In this document: positions 58,957 to 64,000 of the stretch, in pieces | Position numbering within the stretch: the stretch's first letter is position 1 | Layout of the letters: each line of letters starts with the position of its first letter | Source: Leptonemataceae bacterium | Lineage (GTDB): Bacteria > Spirochaetota > Leptospiria > Leptospirales > Leptonemataceae | DNA length: 64,000 nt | Reading direction: 5' to 3' | Assembly (NCBI GenBank): GCA_965227295.1 | Contig: OZ245742.1 | Coordinates: 2,144,001 to 2,208,000, forward strand | The notes under the pieces: model-generated | What the model saw: only the letters and a program-made list of their open reading frames with translations | What the model was told of the DNA's origin: nothing | Database searches by the model: none | Made by a program: the position numbers and the translations under genes

Positions 58957-61900
58957 TCAGCCGCCGACGGTATAGCCCGCATATGAAAACGACTTCGCCG
59001 CGAGTGTTGCGGGCATGTGGATCGTATCGGCATGCGGTGTTACTGTATGCGGACCTTCGTGTTCTGACGGCTTGACTTTGATGTGCAATCCGCTCAGCAG
59101 TCCTTCGAGTAACGCCTTGCCGTCGGCGTCAGGGATCTCGCCGCTCTTCGCGGCGGGTTTCCACAGAGCGGCGGGCATGTTCTTACGGATCGCCTCGACC
59201 GTGAAGTGATGCTGCAACTCGGCGGCGGTGAGTTCCATGCCGTCTTTCTTCACGCGCACCGTAAGTTTCGATTCGACATCTTGCGAAGTCTTCGCCATGG
59301 GCTTGATGCCGAACTCCGCGTTGGAGTTCAGTTCGACCCCACCGAACTGAGCCTGCCCCGCCGGGATGGCCGTGCCGCATACAAACTCCAGTTCTTTTGC
59401 ATTTACGATGTGTTTGTCCGGTGAACTTTGCGCGGCGTCCAGTCCGCGGGCGATGTTGGCGTTCAACACTTGCTCGGGCGGCGGCAGGAAACCGTGCTGA
59501 AACGCGTTCCAGTCCAGCGGCGCCGGTTCCTGTTCGTCGTTGCCGAAAGAGATCGGAACGGTAAACGAGACGATCACGTGAACGTGAACCGCGGCGTGTC
59601 CGGAAAAGTCGGGGCCCCAGAAGTGAATGTCCGCGCCCACATCGAAGTCGACGTGCGTGTGAATACTGAACAGCCACAGGTCCACGTCGATGTGTGCGCC
59701 CACCGACAGGTTCGCGTAGATGTCGCCCTTGTAATGATAGGGCTGCCAGTACATAATGAAGTCGGCGCCGGCCTGGAAGTGGACGTGAATGGAGAAGCTT
59801 CCGCCGGCGACGTAGTTTACATCCAGGTGTCCGCCGGCCATCATTGCCTCGGGTGTGATCGCGTAGTAGGCGTCCGCCTTCACGGTGAGATCGGAATTCA
59901 CGCACCAGTTCAATTCCAGGCGTGCCGGCCGGGGATAGTAGGGCTGCGGCGCATATGAGGTCGCGTAACCGCCCATCGTATAAACGAAGTCTCCTTCCCG
60001 GGCGCCCTTCCATTGACCGTTGCTTTGATCTTTTGTTACGCAGAGCAGGGCGAAGCCGCCGCTGATGTGCGCCTCCGGAGCGAAGATGTACGAGCCGGGC
60101 AGGAAGGCTCCGTTGATGGCGATAATCCCGCGCTCCGGAATGATGCGCGCCACGAGGCCGATGCGAACCTTCGCCTGCGCCGGATTCGTGAGCGGAAACT
60201 GCATGCCGGCAATGCCGATGACGTCGATCTCAAACTGCTCGCCGAAACGCAGGGCGAGCAGTACGAAGCTTTCGATCATCTTGAACGAGGTCGCGCGGAG
60301 TCCCACGGCGCCCCAGAACGATCCCGGCCGCGGCGGGAAGTCCAGGTTCACGGCGTCGAAGTCGGGCGGCGTGGCATCCGGCAGAACCGGTTGGATCAAT
60401 GGAAACGTATGCACGGTCTCCGGCGCGGGCAACGTCATGGCGCGATTGTAGCCGAAGCCCGCCGCCGCGCCGGTCACGTACAGCAGCACGGGCAGTCCGC
60501 CCAGGGGCGCGCCCAGAAATCCGTAGATGAACACCGTGGGATCGCCGTCCGGAAGTTTCGCGTACGAACCCATCGCGGTTAAGTTGTACTGCTTGTAACC
60601 TAAGACGATTTCTCCACTGTACGCTTCGAGAGCGATGGTGCGCGGCGGGACGGCGGTGTCGGCGGGATCGGGGATCTTCACCCGGCCGTGCCGGAACATG
60701 CCTTCGATCGTCAGGGGCGGTTTTTGATACTCGATGCCCAGGCCTTCGAGGGAAACGCTCGGTGAGAATTCGTTGAGCGGACTTTTGATCTGAAAGCCGA
60801 TGAGATCCAGGCCCAGCGGGCCGACGTGCAGACTGCCGCTGATCGTAATCGCCAGTTTGCCGCTCGCGAGTCCGAGGGAGACGCTCTTGATCGTAACCGG
60901 TCCGTACTTTTTGCCCACGGGTGTCGGGGCAGACCCGGCGCCGCTTTGCGCGGGATCGAGCGGGGCGTCCGGCGAGTCGTGACTCCCAAAGTTCGAGTGC
61001 AGCGGAATCGTTTCGTCGCCGCTGCCGAGGATCAGTGAGCCCTGGAGCGTAAAGCCTTGCGGATACGCGGCCGGGGAAGCTTTGCCGTCGCTCGCGGCCG
61101 GGCGACCTGGAGTGAGGGGCGCCGTGTGAATTCGGCCGAGGAACTCATTCACCCGTTCCAGATCCTTCGCGGAGATTGCTGCTTTCGTATGTACGATTCG
61201 CAACGCCTCGATGCGAAAGTGCGCCGCCTGCAGAAAGTCGCCGACGATCGGCACGCCGGACAGATCAAAGTCGCCGGCCAGTCCGATCTCGGTGCCGTAG
61301 ATCGCATTGCTTGCGCCGCCGGAGTGGATTTCAGCGAGAAACAGGCTCCGGATATCGAGCTGCACGGGAAAGACCCGGCTGAAGTCCACGTGCAGACCTT
61401 TGCCGCCCGTGGAGTACATGTGCCCGCCGGTGATGCGGATTTCGTGGCCACCCGTCGTTTGCGTTCCGTGTATGCCCGAGAAAACAAGTTCGTCCGTTTC
61501 CCCGGCCGGCAGAGGATTGTCCAGGTACATGGCGAAGGTCCAGTCGGATTCTGTTCCGGGCTGACCGTCTCCACTAACTTTTGTTAAATCGTAGTTTACC
61601 TCCAGCTTCTTTACGGCGAGTTGCTTCGGGCCGGAATCACCGTCCGGCAGAATCGTATTCAGCACGGGCACCTGACCCAGGGTAAAACCGCCGGCGACTT
61701 CAATGAAGAGTTTGCGGTGCCGAAAGGATTCGTCATTGGAGAAGACGAGGCCGAGGCGGGACTTTGCTCCGGTGTCCGAATGTTCGTTAAGGATGCCCAG
61801 GGAGTGCAGGAGTCCTCCGATGGATACGGCCGCTTCCGCCTGGAATACGTAGGTGTGTGTAGAGGAATCGTAAGATGCGTAGAGGTCCGCCGCGGTCGTA

Positions 61901-63966
61901 CTTAAGTTGCGAATTTCCGCGGGCAGCGTAACTCCGAGCGAGAACGCGGCGTCTTCTTTTACGGCATTCAAGAATTCGCTCAGGCCGCCCGCAGACACGG
62001 TGGCCCGCAGAGCGAAGGCCGTGTCTTTCCCGTCGCGCCGAAAATTGAACACAATGTCGCCGAGTTTCAGATTGTGATACTCGGGATGCTCCGTTTCGAT
62101 CTCCGCCCGCAGGAGAAACTGGATATTCGCCGGGGCATCTTCCGCCGTGGTATATTCCAGCGCGCACTCGCTGATCACTACGGCGTTCAACTTTTTCAGG
62201 AGCGCGCCGGGCTCCGGGAGCCGGAGGGCCCGTCGCGCCGCTTCCGTAAAATCTTGCAAAGATAACTTAGTGTCCGGCGTCGTGCCGGCGCGGAAGGACC
62301 AGATACGTCCGTCGCCGTCGTAATCGCCGAACATGTAAAAATGCGCGGGGCCGATGCGCAACGTCCCCTGCGCGGACGCCTCGTCCACCGCCCAGCGGGC
62401 GTTCGCATCACTCGCCGTACGGCTCAGCGAAACCTCGAGGCCGGCCCCGTCGAGGGCGAGGTCCGTTCCGGCCAGGTTCCAGCCGGCGGCGACATCCAGT
62501 TCAAAGGTGATGCTTTCAATGTCTCCGGAACGGTACGCCGAGAACTCCGCGTCGAGCAGGCTGATGTCCGGAAGATACAGACCGTGTCCGCCGAACCAGG
62601 CGCCAAGCAGGTCCCGCGAGTGGATGCCGGTTCCGGGCCCGGTCTGCGCCAGGAACACGATCTCGTCGACGACACCACTGCTCCGGCGGACCGTCAACAG
62701 CGCGTCCAGTTCCGCTCCCGGCAGCCGGCATTGTCCGAGAACCTCGACCCGGGTCGTGCGAATGTCCGGCTGAAAGGGATGCGTCATATCCACCAGCAGC
62801 ACCGCGTTCAATTCCAGGTTGCGCGCGACCTCGAAGGATTTGTCCGCCGCCACAACGAACTTCAGGTCGCTGACTTTTTTCGTCGCGCAGTCGATGCTTA
62901 AGTATAACTCGCGGATGGTTAGACTGCCGAGGGTGTCCATGGCCGCGTCCGGCAGAAACGCACCGAGAAGATCTTCCAGCGTGCCGCCGGCAGAGGCTCG
63001 TTCCGTAAAAGTCTGCGCCAGTTCCGCGAACGTCGGAAAATGAGTGATCGTAATGCCCAACTGCTTCGAATTCGGGTCGAAGCCCGCGTCGATCGTCAGG
63101 CGCTCCGTTTCATCGCGGCTATCCGGTATTTTTAAGGACCCGCCGCATTCGAAGGACGGCAGGAGCCGCGCGCCGGAGCCCAGGGGAAAAAGCACGCCGG
63201 CGTACTCCAGCTTCGGCGCGAAGGGCAGTGTATTCGCCGTGACGTTTTCGAAGTTGTGCAGGATGTGCAACTCGGCCCCATAAAACCGCGGGCGTATCTG
63301 TACATGCGCATCCACCGACCGGCACAGACTTCCGAGATGCGCGGCTTCCAGGGCCGGTTGCAGGTCGATCGTCGCCGGTGCGTTGCCATCCGCGGAGAGG
63401 TCGACCGTCGTCTTTAGCTGGAACTTTGCCAGGATCGCGAGTCCGTCTCTTAAGTGTTTGCGGATCTCTTGCGTAAAGCTCTCGGGCGCCTGATCATCTT
63501 GCTCCGGCGGAAACACCGGCGGCACTAACATTGTTTGAGTGTAATCCAGGGTGCTGAAGAGCGCCGCCGGTCCGTGGTATGCGAGCGTTTGCAGCGCCGC
63601 AAGTTCCGCGCTGCCCATCGTCACGCTGCGCCCGGTGAGTATGCCGATGAGTTCCTGAATCGTGTACGCATGGGAGGCCGCTGCGAAGAGCAGGATACAG
63701 TGACGTTCCTGCGCCGCGTCCGCCAGGATGTCGAAAAGATAGACCCGGGCCCGCGCTTTGCCCGCAAACGGCCCTTGAGGTTTGCAGTGGATGTACAGGG
63801 CGCCGGAGGCCTGGAGGACGGGAGCGGTGCAGTCGGTGAGCGTTACATCCTCGGTAAGATGCAGCGCGTTTCGCAGGTATGCATGCGCGTGCGGACCCAG
63901 CACGTCTTCGGTGAGAGTGAGAGCCGCGTTGGTGTCGGGATGGATGTTGCGTAACGGCTGCGGCAT
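58957..63966 (-). CDS. Large beta-rich protein with C-terminal DUF6603-like domain
   Basis: GFGYNR, FPL, GGFA, GDFVYTMGGY, AYYAITP, MAGG.L, ADF..YWQPY.Y, GP.FSG; 1669 aa. Confidence 0.78.
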   Translation of the reverse strand: MPQPLRNIHPDTNAALTLTEDVLGPHAHAYLRNALHLTEDVTLTDCTAPVLQASGALYIHCKPQGPFAGKARARVYLFDILADAAQERHCILLFAAASHAYTIQELIGILTGRSVTMGSAELAALQTLAYHGPAALFSTLDYTQTMLVPPVFPPEQDDQAPESFTQEIRKHLRDGLAILAKFQLKTTVDLSADGNAPATIDLQPALEAAHLGSLCRSVDAHVQIRPRFYGAELHILHNFENVTANTLPFAPKLEYAGVLFPLGSGARLLPSFECGGSLKIPDSRDETERLTIDAGFDPNSKQLGITITHFPTFAELAQTFTERASAGGTLEDLLGAFLPDAAMDTLGSLTIRELYLSIDCATKKVSDLKFVVAADKSFEVARNLELNAVLLVDMTHPFQPDIRTTRVEVLGQCRLPGAELDALLTVRRSSGVVDEIVFLAQTGPGTGIHSRDLLGAWFGGHGLYLPDISLLDAEFSAYRSGDIESITFELDVAAGWNLAGTDLALDGAGLEVSLSRTASDANARWAVDEASAQGTLRIGPAHFYMFGDYDGDGRIWSFRAGTTPDTKLSLQDFTEAARRALRLPEPGALLKKLNAVVISECALEYTTAEDAPANIQFLLRAEIETEHPEYHNLKLGDIVFNFRRDGKDTAFALRATVSAGGLSEFLNAVKEDAAFSLGVTLPAEIRNLSTTAADLYASYDSSTHTYVFQAEAAVSIGGLLHSLGILNEHSDTGAKSRLGLVFSNDESFRHRKLFIEVAGGFTLGQVPVLNTILPDGDSGPKQLAVKKLEVNYDLTKVSGDGQPGTESDWTFAMYLDNPLPAGETDELVFSGIHGTQTTGGHEIRITGGHMYSTGGKGLHVDFSRVFPVQLDIRSLFLAEIHSGGASNAIYGTEIGLAGDFDLSGVPIVGDFLQAAHFRIEALRIVHTKAAISAKDLERVNEFLGRIHTAPLTPGRPAASDGKASPAAYPQGFTLQGSLILGSGDETIPLHSNFGSHDSPDAPLDPAQSGAGSAPTPVGKKYGPVTIKSVSLGLASGKLAITISGSLHVGPLGLDLIGFQIKSPLNEFSPSVSLEGLGIEYQKPPLTIEGMFRHGRVKIPDPADTAVPPRTIALEAYSGEIVLGYKQYNLTAMGSYAKLPDGDPTVFIYGFLGAPLGGLPVLLYVTGAAAGFGYNRAMTLPAPETVHTFPLIQPVLPDATPPDFDAVNLDFPPRPGSFWGAVGLRATSFKMIESFVLLALRFGEQFEIDVIGIAGMQFPLTNPAQAKVRIGLVARIIPERGIIAINGAFLPGSYIFAPEAHISGGFALLCVTKDQSNGQWKGAREGDFVYTMGGYATSYAPQPYYPRPARLELNWCVNSDLTVKADAYYAITPEAMMAGGHLDVNYVAGGSFSIHVHFQAGADFIMYWQPYHYKGDIYANLSVGAHIDVDLWLFSIHTHVDFDVGADIHFWGPDFSGHAAVHVHVIVSFTVPISFGNDEQEPAPLDWNAFQHGFLPPPEQVLNANIARGLDAAQSSPDKHIVNAKELEFVCGTAIPAGQAQFGGVELNSNAEFGIKPMAKTSQDVESKLTVRVKKDGMELTAAELQHHFTVEAIRKNMPAALWKPAAKSGEIPDADGKALLEGLLSGLHIKVKPSEHEGPHTVTPHADTIHMPATLAAKSFSYAGYTVGG

Positions 63967-63967
63967 G

Positions 63968-64000
63968 TCAGGTTCCTGGGGTCGTTTCCAACTTGAGTCG
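63968..64000 (-). CDS. C-terminal end of the upstream operon gene (partial)
   Basis: RLKLETTPGT* ends 1 nt before the ATG of the DUF6603-like gene. Confidence 0.55.
   Translation of the reverse strand, partial: RLKLETTPGT

Overview
High-GC bacterial chromosomal window whose gene content (7TMR-DISM sensor kinases, SpoIIE phosphatase, many Cys-lipoproteins with repeat domains, DUF1566) suggests a Leptospirales-type spirochaete (inference). 1-30.6 kb is mostly housekeeping: end of a tubulin-like gene, pyrD, STAS/SpoIIE module, argJ, PptH-like phosphoesterase, OmpA-PD40, ABC-F, recG, nhaA, speE, TPR/C39-like protein, TrmH-TsaA fusion, metG. 30.6-44.4 kb is a duplicated signalling island: two hybrid kinases, each with a second HisKA_3-type transmitter, and two NarL regulators flank lipoprotein genes, a TA pair and Uma2. 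Six copies of an 18-bp palindromic box lie 21-23 nt upstream of -10 hexamers in this island. 44.4-46.9 kb holds four non-coding repeats (~330-400 bp) built around a ~180-nt hairpin, one interrupted by a lipoprotein gene. 47-55.8 kb is a run of secreted repeat proteins. 55.8-64 kb is the end of an uncharacterised DUF6603-type operon whose last gene is frameshifted. No rRNA, tRNA, CRISPR array or transposase was seen. All family calls are from motif recognition by eye, not database searches.
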